This document shows, piece by piece, positions 1 to 15,436 of a stretch of DNA of 64,000 nucleotides. A program made the translations under genes and the position numbers. The DNA lies in NCBI GenBank assembly GCA_964016885.1, contig CAXHJY010000246.1, positions 3,830 to 67,829 on the forward strand, in the 5' to 3' direction. Position 1 is the stretch's first letter, and each line of letters starts with the position of its first letter. The notes below the pieces were generated by a model that was not told where the DNA came from, searched no databases, and saw only the letters and a list, made by a program, of their open reading frames with translations. The DNA is from Eledone cirrhosa (lineage: Eukaryota).

Positions 1-2194
1 GTACGCAGACAGTGTTTGTGCGTGTGTGTGTACCAGAACTATATATTTGTTTGTGTGATGACAAGGGTGTATGTTTCTGGGTATGCGCATGCGCACATTT
101 TCTTTCTGTGAGCGCACGCTTCAATTTTCATTTTGATAAATGGGCAAAAGTCGCAATAGATCGGAAAAGACAATAAATTTTGTCGCAAATATAAAAAGGT
201 AAAATAAAATAACATACAATAAAGACCAGCAATGTTTTTTTATTATTATTATTTTTTATATCTAATCAGTCTGTCTGTGAAAGATAAAATAGTACGGTGG
301 AGTGAAAGAAGGTGGACAGACGAGATTTTTATTCAATAAGCAGATGATGACTTTTCCGAAACCAGAATATACGTTTCTCTTTACCACATATTCTATGGAG
401 AATGATTATTCTGTTTTACTTTTTTCTTTTCTTTCTTCATGTTCTCCTTTTATGTCACTCACTAGCTTCCATCACTCTTTCGATCATTTATGTTCTTCCA
501 TCATTTTTTTTTTTTGCCCATTTTTACTCTTTTGACTTTGATTTTTGTTCTCACTAATCTTTCAGTTTTTATTCTCGTCACCCGTTTTTATTCACTTTAT
601 TATTTTTTTTTATTAATTTATTCGTTCTATTAATACTTTCATTCATTAATCTATTACTTTCATTCATTTCACTCTTTTATTCATTATTTTATACTTTATC
701 CTTCTTTATTTTATCTTTTATTCATTTAATATCTTTCTCTCAGCTGCCTTATTTCTTCTCTTATTCTATTTACTTTTCTTTCCCCTCGTTATTCTAATTA
801 TCTTCTTGTTTTCCTTCCTTTTTTTACATATTCAATAAATTTACTTCTTCATTATCTTCCTGTTCCTTTTCTATCTAATATTATATTATATTTCTATATT
901 TCACCTATGTTTTCTTTCACTTTATTTTGCCTCTAATTTATTTATTCATTCATTTTTTACTTTCATTCATCTTACTATTTCATTCTTCCAATGTATTTTC
1001 ATATCTACTCATCCATTTGCTGGGGGGGTATTTGGGGTGTGGTTATATATTCACTTTATTTGTGTCTCTTAGAACGAATGGGTGAAACGAAAACTAGTGG
1101 TGATAATAAACTCTGAGAGCTCGCCAGCAGCAGGTCTTCAGAGAAGAATTCCTCACCCCCTCCTCAAGCTAGTGTTTCGGCCCTTAACTTCAAAAGAGCC
1201 GAAACACTCGCTTGGGGGGAGGGGGGAGGTTTCTTGCCACAACTGGTTTTCGTTTCCCTCATTCGTTTCTTTATTATTTTTCTTTCATCAACTTCCCTCA
1301 TCTTTTTAATTACATTGACATCAGAAACATATTTTTGGACTGTTAATATATTAAATGTTAATATAACATTTTTGCTTTCGTCAATTGTTTGGGGTTTTTT
1401 TACTCATCATAAAAGATAGTCAACAGGACTTGAAGATCCAATTACCTTCTCTCCTGTCAGTTGAAGGAATAAGAGGGAGAAGGAGCAGCTGAGATACTTA
1501 TGCACTTGTTTAAGGACTTCCAGTGCCTGCCAGGTTTTGCCAGATCTCGTCTCGAATGACCCGTATTTCTTTTCCTGTAATAAAAAATGGGATTTAAACT
1601 AAGAACTCACAGAGTCGTATCAGATACCCCAAAGCATATGTTTTAATACTAAATGTACTAACATTCCACCACTCTACCATCCTTGGATGGTACTTTATTT
1701 CTCACACCCGGAAAAAGATGAAAAGCAACGTTACCACAAATGGCATTTCAATTCAGATCACAGAAAGCCATTTATTACAAGCCAGCGGATACTTTTATCA
1801 CTTTCTCCATTCCCCGCCATTTTAACTCTAATATATTCATTATATTTCTTTTTGTTTTATCTTCCTATTCTTTTATTCTATTATTTCGGCACATTTCTTC
1901 TCTTACGTAATAAACACCTTCCATTATTTCCTATATTATTTGGAATATTTGTCACTTAAAATCATTTTCCTTTTATTTTCCATCTTCTCCCCAAAACTTC
2001 CCACCCTCCCTCTCTCTCTCTCTTTCTATCTCTATTTCTATCTTTCTCTTTCTCTCTATCTATCTATCTATCTCTCCCTGTATCCTCTCCTCATTTGTAT
2101 TCAGTTGTTCATTAAGAACATCTTTTCTTCCATTACTTGTATAACCTCATTTACTTCAATTTCTTATTCCACCCAGTTCTCTATCTCTCACATT

Positions 2195-2941
<747 letters not shown>

Positions 2942-2947
<6 letters not shown>

Positions 2948-3373
2948 ATTAAATAAATGGAAAACTATATTTATAAAACCATATTTATTTCATTATATAT
3001 ATTTCGGGGATATCATATTAACAATATGCTATGCCTTCATCAGACAAAATACAATATAAACAGTTTTATAGATAAATAGATTCGACATACCGTTATAACA
3101 CCGACTTCATTTGAAGAGGTTTAAGTCGGTGTTATAACGGTATGTCGAATCTATTTATCTATAAAACTGTTTATATTGTATTTTGTCTGATGAAGGCATA
3201 GCATATTGTTAATATGATATCCCCGAAATATATATAATGAAATAAATATGGTTTTATAAATATAGTTTTCCATTTATTTAATATTGTAAATATACTCCAA
3301 ATATTTGTCGAGTGCTTTTATATCAGTTATAAATATTTACTAGTTGTAACCCAACAATTTTAAATATAACTTT

Positions 3374-3376
<3 letters not shown>
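2942..3376 (+). mobile_element. Foldback Penelope-like element in (TA)n: inverted arm 2942-3107, 15-nt spacer, arm 3123-3288, tail 3289-3376
   Basis: ~165-bp inverted repeat with a hammerhead motif in each arm; unique tail ends in (AT)n. Confidence 0.8.
3179..3244 (+). ncRNA. Minimal type I hammerhead ribozyme (mirror copy on - strand at 2986-3051)
   Basis: Stem I UAUUUUGU/AUGAAAUA; CUGAUGA 3187-3193; stem II GG..CAUAUU-GUU-AAUAUG..CC; GAAA 3225-3228; palindromic stem III; predicted cut AUA after 3236. Confidence 0.8.
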
Positions 3377-3448
<72 letters not shown>

Positions 3449-3480
3449 TATATATATATATACACACACATATATATATA

Positions 3481-3815
3481 TATATTAATAAAATTAATTC
3501 CAACTTTGTCTGATTTACTCGTTTTATTTAATCCTTTAAAATTTATAATGGTATTAGAATCAATTTATAATGGTATTAGAATCAAGTTTGCAATTTTCAA
3601 CTGTTGAAAATTACAAACTTGACTGTCACCACACATTATGAACCTGAAGATTGCGAAAGCATGAAAGTACTTGTTCAATTAACACTTAACATTTAATATT
3701 CTACCATACTATTTCATTCTAATACCATTAAACATTTTAAAGGATTGTAAATAAAACGAGTAAATCAGACAAAGTTGGAATTCCTTTTATTAATATAATC
3801 TTCTATACACAATCA
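3481..3815 (+). mobile_element. Rearranged foldback element with hammerhead, in (TA)n
   Basis: ~3481-3560 is the inverted copy of ~3716-3797; internal hairpin ~3581-3622; tandem duplication of atttataatggtattagaatca. Confidence 0.65.
3639..3677 (+). ncRNA. Minimal type I hammerhead ribozyme (39 nt)
   Basis: UGAAC CUGAAGA U-UGC-GAAA-GCA-U GAAA GUAC UU^GUUCA; stem III lies in palindrome AAGUACUU; predicted cut after 3672. Confidence 0.8.
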
Positions 3816-3851
3816 TACACATATATACACATATATTTATCTCTCTCTCTC

Positions 3852-3886
<35 letters not shown>

Positions 3887-4017
3887 ATACTTTAGGGGAG
3901 TTATACTTCCAATAAAAACACTCCAATTGAGTTTCACTATAGTTTATTATTAGTTGAGTGACTAATCCATCCTTCAGTTAGTTTTGTAGCCGGAGGATGA
4001 AGGGTTACTTATGAATT

Positions 4018-4060
4018 ATCAAAAACCTTTCGTCACACATCATGTGACCTTCTCAATGAC
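4018..4060 (-). ncRNA. Variant hammerhead with U3:A8 core
   Basis: Minus strand GUCA UUGAGAA G GUCACA-UGAUG-UGUGAC GAAA GGUU UU^UGAU; stem I is only 4 bp and there is one extra G before stem II. Confidence 0.45.
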
Positions 4061-4544
4061 TATTCTTGCTCTTCTTTGTCTCTTTTTTCTTCTGATCTTC
4101 TTCTATTCACTCCATCTAGTAGCTTGAATATGTTTTACAGACTGCGGGTATTATCTGATAGGGACATCTATATATAGATTAAAATATGATCATTTTTCTT
4201 TTTAATTTCACTAAGTAGCAGTTACTTGTAATACAAGTTTCATTCGGTGGCTGAGCACAACTGTCCTGATTGGCTGGAGAAGAAACTTTAATCTCAATGT
4301 GAAATTACGTCTAGTGGTTAAACCGTGAACCAGCTCGTTTCGTCTTTATGTATACTCATCGTTTGACTACACCATAACTACACTTCATTCCTTTATCTCT
4401 CTGACTTCATTAATTCACGGCATAAATTCACAATAATTGTACAGACAAGTCTTGCTACATTTAGAAACATAAAAAGCGCCAAAACCACATAAATACTTAT
4501 ACACATGCGCACACATACACCTACATACAGACACATGGACACAA

Positions 4545-5770
<1,226 letters not shown>

Positions 5771-6025
5771 TCTTATGTGACGATCAAGAGAATTTGTTGA
5801 AAATCAATCAAATATGCCAAGCTTTCCAATCGATTCTTCTGCGTCTGGTAGGCTATTTTATTATCGATTCCAGCCTGTGATCAAATAATTTCATCGATTC
5901 CTCTCCAACTTTTTCCGGAGGTTCGTAGTTTTATTTGTATTTGTCTCGTATATTGGCACAAGGGCGGTTTGTGTTGTCGAGCAGACTTATGACTTAAGGC
6001 GTTCCAGCCATGGTAATCCCACCTT

Positions 6026-6092
<67 letters not shown>

Positions 6093-6097
6093 GTGTC

Positions 6098-6152
<55 letters not shown>

Positions 6153-6555
6153 AGGAGGTGAGTTTTATTGTAGTACAATAAAGCAATGCAGATATCGGAT
6201 AAGTAGCACTCTACAGTTTGTAGGACTGGAGTATAAATAATATAAGATCAAAAGATGGTTAAAAGAGTTCCATGTATTTTATTATGCGCATTTCAAAAAC
6301 AAATATCATCATGAGATGACATTTGCGTTTTCGTCAGATAAAATAGGGAGACATGATATGAAGGTTAAAAAACACTTGTGAATAGTGCATATGTTGATTT
6401 AAAACTGCACTATTCACAAGTGTTTTTTAACCTTCATATCATGTCTCCTTATTTTATCTGACGAAAACGCAAATGTCATCTCATGATGATTTGTTTCTGA
6501 AATGCGCATAATAAAATACATGGAACTCTTTTAACCATCTTTTGATCTTATATTA
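6153..6555 (-). mobile_element. Foldback Penelope-like element: tail 6153-6236, arm ~6237-6389, inverted arm ~6406-6555
   Basis: ~150-bp inverted repeat with hammerheads; lies between (TG)n and (TA)n. Confidence 0.8.
6450..6518 (+). ncRNA. Type I hammerhead ribozyme (mirror copy on - strand at 6275-6345)
   Basis: Perfect 8-bp stem I UAUUUUAU/AUAAAAUA; CUGACGA 6458-6464; stem II CAAAU-GUCAUC-UCAU-GAUGA-UUUG; GAAA 6499-6502; palindrome AUGCGCAU; predicted cut AUA after 6510. Confidence 0.85.
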
Positions 6556-6756
6556 TATATATATATATGAAGGGTTCAGGTGCCCGATGGCTGAGCCCCT
6601 ACCGTTTCAAAAGCTATATATATATATATGTATATATATATATCCATGTCTAAATTTGTGTTATCAAGCAGACCTATGACTAAAGGCGTTCCAACCATGG
6701 TAACCTCGTTTTTTATTTATTTATATATATTTATATTTATATTCATATATATATAT

Positions 6757-7449
<693 letters not shown>

Positions 7450-7900
7450 TATATATATATATATATATATATATGATAATAGTGTTTCATCTCTATGATA
7501 ATAGTGTTTCATTTCATTTTGTAGTGGGAAGGGTAATGTAGTTGCTATTTCTAACAGATTGAGTGATCGCGAAGACTCTCCTTCGCTGGCCCAAGTATCC
7601 GATCTTGTATTTAGTGTAATTTAGCATTTGTTCATTCTTGATTGAGCAAGTGTTTTAAGCGTGGCCATCGTCTTCTTTATTTTTTATAGACATAATGTGT
7701 GTAGGACTGCTTTTTCTTGTTGGACCGAAACATTTACAAGAGGAGGGTTTTCTTCTCTGAAGACCTTCTGTTGTCCAGCTTTCCTGTTTAGCCTTATGTA
7801 AATGGAGCTAAGTATCAACTCACAAGAACCCTGAGGTTTAGAGGTCAACTTTATCTATCATAGCGTTGCATCTTTCCCTGCTTTTATATATATATATATA

Positions 7901-8210
7901 AAATACGTAGTTAAGAAAGCCACAACAATGCAGAGGGAAATCTCGAGGTAGGAAGTGAAAGATAGATAGGAAAAACAGGTGAAAGTGAAAATTGAGAGAG
8001 ACAAAGATGAAAACAAAACAAAGGTAGAAGGGTTACGGTAATCCTTCTACCTTTGTTTTGTTTTCATCTTTGTCTCTCTCAATTTTCACTTTCACCTGTT
8101 TTTCCTATCTATCTTTCACTTCCTACCTCGAGATTTCCCTCTGCATTGTTGTGGCTTTCTTAACTACGTATTTTACACATTTCACAATACTTCAAGCAAA
8201 CTTTAACACC

Positions 8211-8213
<3 letters not shown>
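7901..8213 (+). mobile_element. Foldback element in (TA)n: arms ~7901-8031 and ~8043-8173 plus 40-nt tail; no ribozyme core seen
   Basis: ~130-bp inverted repeat with the same architecture as its neighbours. Confidence 0.65.
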
Positions 8214-8276
<63 letters not shown>

Positions 8277-8281
<5 letters not shown>

Positions 8282-9896
8282 TCAGGTTATCAATAATGTA
8301 GTGATAATATATCGTTACGTTAGAGATGAACAGCGTACGTGCAGGTTTGCTCAACGAGTATAAATTATATTCCGGAGAAAATGTAGAAAGGATGAATATA
8401 AAATGAAAGTGCTTTTTTTAAAAAAGGAATTTATTAGGTATTGACATATGTTTCTGTAACAGACGGAATACCTATGTATCGCTACTTGCGTAATCATATA
8501 ATGTTAGCAAGTATTCAATAGCAAATGTATAATCAGTTGTCACTTCTTCAGAGATTTTGGATAAATTGGATAAAATCAGAAAAATTGAAGTATTTATATT
8601 AGTAATAGAGGAAGAAACAGAGGGGATAGTATATGACAGATGGTAAATTAATTTACTGCTAAACAAGTATATAATGGGTTTCTAATGAGAATACCATGAG
8701 TAAATCTAAATAAGAATTTTGGGAGTACCAATTTTAATCTCTACTTGACCAACTGGACAGTGGACAGGGCTGGTCATTTGGTGCAGTAGTATTAATTATA
8801 AAGTGTCAATTGGGGAAGGGGGAGATTTCGATTGCTACTAAATAACATCAATGTTGGTAGCCAGCTGGTATATGCATTAGGGAATTGAATCAAGAAATCA
8901 GAAATCTCATTTTATCTATAGCAGTTTGTATTAAAAGGTAAATAATAGAAGAGTTGATAGAATTAAGACTAATAAAGAATGTTAATATCTATTTTGACAA
9001 TCAAACGGGGATAGAGACAGGCGTTCAATCCTGGTAGTATTTATAATATGAAAATGTAGATTTTAAGCGATGGTTACAGTATAACGATCGCTCTATTCTG
9101 TTATTTAATAAAATGTTTTTGGATTTCATAATACAAAATAATTCTACATTACATAATTTACAAAATTCCTGTCCATGGGATAATGGGGGGGCAGCCGCTA
9201 TTATACCCCATTTTAGGTGAAATTGTTGGTTATTTTCACGCAGCTGCCAAGCCTTGTCTGCGAGTGTTGTTACATAACGCTGGTTTTCATGTTTTATCGA
9301 GTAACGATGTCTATAAAGGCGTGATTTGAAGGAGGTGGCTGTAGATCCCACATAGTACCACTTCTGTCTATCCGATTCGATAGTACATTTGTATACGATG
9401 TTGTGTTCAAGACACTGATTGTTCAACGGGCACATTCCTGGTTGGACACAGTTGCAATTATAATTTTGCGTTGTTGTATTGCCATGGATGGGTTGATGAG
9501 GTTGCTTATGTAGGACAGGATGTTGTTTGTTGTTTTGTGATGTTATAGCTAATGTTTTACGTGTATTGTTATGTGTTGGAAGGCGTTTATTGTTATGTGT
9601 TGGAAGGCGTTTATACAACCGTTTAGCAGTAAATTAATTTACCATCTGTCATATACTATCCCCTCTGTTTCTTCCTCTATTACTAATATAAATACTTCAA
9701 TTTTTCTGATGTTATCCAATTTATCCAAAATCTCTGAAGAAGTGACAACTGATTATACATTTGCTATTGAATACTTGCTAACATTATATGATTACGCAAG
9801 CAGCGATACATAGGTATTCCGTCTGTTACAGAAACATATGTCAATACCTAATAAATTCCTTTTTTAAAAAAAGCACTTTCATTTTATATTCATCCT

Positions 9897-9900
<4 letters not shown>
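8277..9900 (-). mobile_element. 5'-truncated Penelope-like retroelement (Naiad-type) with inverted partial pLTR
   Basis: GIY-YIG ORF followed by 3' region; ~8386-8663 recurs inverted at ~9622-9900; 24-bp tandem duplication near the inversion junction (9567-9614); both ends in (TA)n. Confidence 0.9.
9025..9618 (-). CDS. C-terminal GIY-YIG endonuclease domain of a Penelope-like element (RT part lost)
   Basis: CNC-x5-CPL-x3-C, NIVYKC...YVGST, FKSR...H, W-x-L...LKWGI, CKLCNVE, LLNNRIE...CNH match Naiad-type PLE endonuclease motifs; the start is a truncation artefact. Confidence 0.9.
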   Translation of the reverse strand: MYKRLPTHNNKRLPTHNNTRKTLAITSQNNKQHPVLHKQPHQPIHGNTTTQNYNCNCVQPGMCPLNNQCLEHNIVYKCTIESDRQKWYYVGSTATSFKSRLYRHRYSIKHENQRYVTTLADKAWQLRENNQQFHLKWGIIAAAPPLSHGQEFCKLCNVELFCIMKSKNILLNNRIERSLYCNHRLKSTFSYYKYYQD

Positions 9901-9935
<35 letters not shown>

Positions 9936-9942
9936 CAGATAC

Positions 9943-10191
<249 letters not shown>

Positions 10192-10215
10192 AATATGTAT
10201 ATATATATATATATA

Positions 10216-10601
10216 TCACGATACATTAATGGAGCCATAGACTCTCGCCGTTCCCTGTAAATAATGTGCTCAAAGGAGAGGAAATCCTGAGCACTTTAAA
10301 ATACAATATGTTGAAAAGGTAACACACTAGAGAGAGATACAGTGTGCTATCAATAAAACGGAGAAAAACCACCAGTGTATGGAATCTATAACCTATGAAA
10401 GGCAGAGTATAGACTCGATAATTACCTCTATAACTATATAGTTATAGAGGTATTTATTTACGCTTTAATTTATATTTTTAATTATCGTGTCTATATTCTG
10501 CCTTTCATAGGTTATATATTCCATACACTGGTGGTTTTTCCCTGTTTTATTGATAGCGCACTGTATATCTCTCTAGTGTGTTACCTTTTCAACATATTGT
10601 A
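10216..10601 (-). mobile_element. Foldback element: tail ~10216-10300, arms ~10301-10423 and ~10479-10601, central small palindrome
   Basis: ~120-bp inverted repeat with a few mismatches; flanked by (TA)n; bulged hairpin in the tail. Confidence 0.7.
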
Positions 10602-10657
10602 TATATATATATATATATACATAGAGAGAGAGAGAGAGAGAGAGTGAGAGAGAGAGA

Positions 10658-10709
<52 letters not shown>

Positions 10710-13700
10710 ACCGCGAGTATTAATCAAATTCGTTTCATCACTTGTGTATAATCTGTAAAAGGGTAAGGGGTAGTGACGTCACAACTTATTTCAACAGTTG
10801 AGTAAACAGGAGCAATGTAAAAATAAAGTGTCTTGCTCAAGAACAATCTGTATAATTGTACCTATGCAGAAAATAAGTATTAAGGCATTAGTGCGCATGA
10901 CAACAGATATATGGCAGTAAAACTGTGGAGTTGATTACATCGGTTTCACCCTTTTAACTTCTACTATCTCGACTTGGACAGCACGCAAGTAGACCACGCC
11001 TAATTCCTACAACTAATAGGCCATACAATCTCTAATGATCTTTCCTGGCAACATCACAAATATAACAATAAAAACCAACATCCTGAAGACCAGCGTTCAT
11101 CTTCAGAGTGAGGAATTAATTCAACTCTAGTCAGCTATCGACTGATTACAAAGCTCTAGTGAGACTCACATTTCACTACTGCTCCAGCATGGGAGACGAT
11201 ACTGATATTACATACAGCCAAGAAAAGGTCATTCGACTGATAAACACATACTCACTCACCAACACAATACAACCTATGTATCCCTGACACGCTCTCTTGT
11301 GAATCTGTCGATTTCATTGCTTCTAAAACAGCTCTTGTTTCTTTGAATTAACTTATAACAGACCTACTCGACGCACACACGGTTCACCCATATCTCCCAG
11401 CACATTTCGAAGTTTATGATCTTTCATTGGTTAGCCTATCATTCTTTTGACCTCAATAATTTAGAGATATGAATCTGAATACTTCAGGTCGGGCGCTGTA
11501 CTTTCTTCAGCAGTTTTTACCCTATATAACAATAGTTACGTTCTGCATACAAAGTAGCGAGAGTGGATGACCTTAACTTTCTGAATTCAAATACGGAAAG
11601 GATCGACGTTGTTTTCATATTTCAAGAGCTGTTACAATTAGTACTAGATATATGCTGGAGTCGGTTCAATTGATTTAACATATTTGATCCACTTTTAACA
11701 TATTTGATCTACTTTACATTTGTTATTCATGCCAATGTAAGAAGTCTACAAATTGTATTCTACGAACTCTTGGAAATATTTTTGTTTTGAGATTCATCTT
11801 TAAAAATCATATTACTCTGCATTCTGCAAAATTATTGGAAAATATAAGATTAATAATAATTCGTTCATTATTTAATTTAACAATTCAAAGGTGCTAGACA
11901 TTTAGTTCTTTGATAAAGTACCTTTCATATACTTAGAGTTTGTTGTTAATTCCATCAAATATTCTAAAGTAAATTGCATCAACCATATTGTATTGTTACC
12001 CAATATAGTCTGTAATACTTCACATTGTGTCTGCTTTAATGGAATTACATCAGAAGAGTCTGAATACAAATATTAAAAAAATAATTATTATTAATGATAA
12101 ACAATAGAAACAAAAAATGTATAAATTAAATTAGTGAGTAGACAGATACAATTAAAACGATATTTCCCATCAGTAACTGCCAGAATGTCTTCACGGTGAA
12201 TCAATAAAAATTCACTTATTCTGAAAAATATAACCCAGTCTTAAGAATTACGATTATACTAGCCTGTCTCAAAAGACTTTAAAGGAAATGAAATAATATT
12301 CACAAAAGCAAAAACAACAGTTGAAGCGTCTTATACAGTTCTGTTAAGTGCACAGTAATTTAGTCGGTTATCTTGCTACATAGCATACGACAAGAGAAGT
12401 AGATTGCATATTAACATATCTATTTATAGAGTCTAGTATCCTATGGTTATGTATTCAATGATATATTAAATAGGTGTTCTTCGTATCACCAGCACGCTAT
12501 AATCACGTCTCCATCGACTCCATATTCCTGTGGTTTTCAAATGAATGACCGCGGAATTTTAAATCTATAACTTATGGCTTTAGAGAATCTATACTAATGC
12601 TTGAGTGTCTTGAAAAACGTGTTCTTCGTATCTTTTATATGCACAAGTACTACTGATAACTAAAACATAGTTTGTTTGCTTTTTATTTTTGCAAGCAAGT
12701 AGTGCCAACAATTTTTATTTGACTTCTCGAGCATCAGGAAATCAAAACGTTTAAGAAATACTTCTATACTCTTCCATTTCACAACTATAATAGTTTCTTC
12801 ACCCCTTTTAGAGTAAGCTGTGAACTACCCTTTCTCTTCTTTTCTCATAATTACAGCGTCCCATCTTTTTCAGACGCCGAATCAATCTTTAATATTCAGA
12901 ATTCAACCTTCTAATACTTTCTCCTCGCCACCAATGTATTTCTTACGGGCATCAACCTTCAAAAATACATTCAGTTCAACAGTTTGACAAAGCTGTGTGA
13001 ATTGCCTTTCTTCGTCAGACTAAATAGTAAACATTCAATATAATACCAGCATCACACCGCCAACAACTGCAACTGGTCTAATCAGGCAACAAGTCTTGTT
13101 TTTAGTTAACATAAAATAAATATGATATTTATCTTCATGCAACAGTCACTGTTTCTATCAGCAGCATCAACAGCATCAGTGTTGGACCAACGGTTGAACA
13201 TGTAATTGCTAGACCTGTTACCAATAGCAACCAAATCACATTCATATTACAACTTTCCACCTTAAAAAAGGAAGGACATATTGGATAAAATAGGCTTAGA
13301 TATACAATGTCTGAATCTAAGACGAGTATTCATTGTTGGAAAGTCTTCGATTTTAAGTATGCCTTTTTTAAGGCTAACTTACAACTAAATAACATTACAA
13401 GTAACATTATATATGAACTTGCTACAATTCAGGTTCCAGTGAAATGGTTGTTCCCACTATCAGTATGATTGGGAAATGTTTACGATGTTTATATTGGAAA
13501 TGAGATAAATGAACCAAACAGGTAGTAATCTTTGTTTGATTAAGACAGAAGACATAGAGTTGCTCCTTGAATTTATGGTGTCTGAAATTGTCATTTATTG
13601 TTCTTGGCTCACTACTATAGTTGGGAGCAATGCCAAATGTATTTTATCAGCCAATCAATATTTTATTTATCCAAATGGCAAGACTTCCGGCGAAATGTTT

Positions 13701-14706
13701 TTTTACTCTACTATAACCCTTGGGATGTAGTGTCATTCGTGTTGTTTTAATTTCTCCTTCCCCCAAAACAAGAGAGCTTTATTCCCTGTCAAAATGAAAG
13801 CAACGTTCTATTCATGGTATTGGCGACTGCCATAGAGCAAGATTTAAGGGAACATTTCTGTATCTATTATATAGTTATTTGACTTCACAAATAATGTCCT
13901 TGATACAAACATGAATACCACCCCGTCATATTCTCTTGATTAGTAGAAACAGAAAATGCACTATGTTTTACAAGGATTAATCAATGGTCATGTGTTTAAG
14001 AAACCAATCTATACAAATGTATATACCGTTCATCATTTTTATTTTTCCAGGTCCTATTAACTTAGTATCTGTAATAGACTGGAGCCGAAACAATCGATTC
14101 TTATAAATTTTAGAACTAACCAGTAATACATTATTTTCTTGCCAGATAAGTGTCAGTTTTTTAAACTAATGTATACATATTTATACACCTCTCCTTCACC
14201 AAATCTGTTCCATGTCGATCTACAATACACTTCTTCACTTCCACTAATACAACACAGATAAAAAGTTAAATCAATGTTTTATTTGTTTTAGACAAAATTT
14301 GAACTAGAGCGAATCGGGTTTGTGCAGCAGTTTCGATTACCGATTTCATTTTATTTTCGCCTATCATATTCTTAAAGAAGTGATTGATATCATAACATTT
14401 AGTCTTTCTTTAATTACATAAAATATAAAAGTCTGTTCAAAAGAAACCGCGATTATATTCACTTAAAGTAAACACGAAAGTATAGAGGTGTATGGTCTCG
14501 GTGAGCTTAATACTGTCTCAGTTTCCCTAATAAAGAAGTTATGAACTATCTCATTTCTCATCTACTAACAAATCTCAGATTATAAACCTATATAAGAAAT
14601 ACAAAGGTTGTAGGATGATTACAGTAATGTATAAATTACATTTATATTTAGATAACATTTACGTTAAGATCTAGCTGCGTGAATGGCGATGTCTGTTTAT
14701 TACATC

Positions 14707-14935
14707 TAAATATTGATTTCTAATTTAGACACAGGAGCAACAAATTTGGAGCAAGAGCAAGATTGATTAAATCAACCCCAGTGATTCACTGGTTCTTTAT
14801 TTTATCGACTCCAGAAGGATGAAAGACAAAGTTGACCTCATTTGGGATTTGAACTCAGAATATAAAAAGCTAGAAAATATACTAGAAGGTCATTTGATCC
14901 GAGGTTGTATTAGTTCTACCAATTCACCACCCTTA
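14707..14935 (-). mobile_element. Diverged tRNA-derived SINE
   Basis: ttttatcgactccagaaggatgaaagacaaagttgacctc...gggatttgaactcag, homologous to the 35529 copy. Confidence 0.75.
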
Positions 14936-15332
14936 TTACATCTAATATTCCAATGAGATCACATAAGTTTTTTCATACATAGTGGCTGTACGAACTGTGG
15001 CTCATAGACGCCAGGTCTTAAGCTAGGATCAAATCTAGTAACGTTATATAGTTGAGATATGAACTACTTGTAGTTGAGCCTATATTGAAATACCACTGAC
15101 GTAGTGTAACGACTGAGCTGGGAGAAGATCAGCTTTGGGGGCCCTATTAACTGTTTTCCTGCAGGAATTGAATTTGACAATGCAAATTAATGGAACACTT
15201 GGCAATGTTGTTGTTACCGCCGCCGATTATGTTTCGGTATTGTTTCTACACCCTAGTATTTCTTTATGACTATTGGAAATTGATTAGATTGGACGGATAA
15301 TTTCGTTCAATCGTCTGTCTCACTGTCCAAGA

Positions 15333-15376
<44 letters not shown>

Positions 15377-15380
15377 TTAT

Positions 15381-15436
<56 letters not shown>

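Noticed and set aside
9025-9618. Selenoprotein recoding in the Naiad endonuclease
   Set aside because: All conserved Cys positions are sense codons; the only UGA is the terminal stop after the domain ends.
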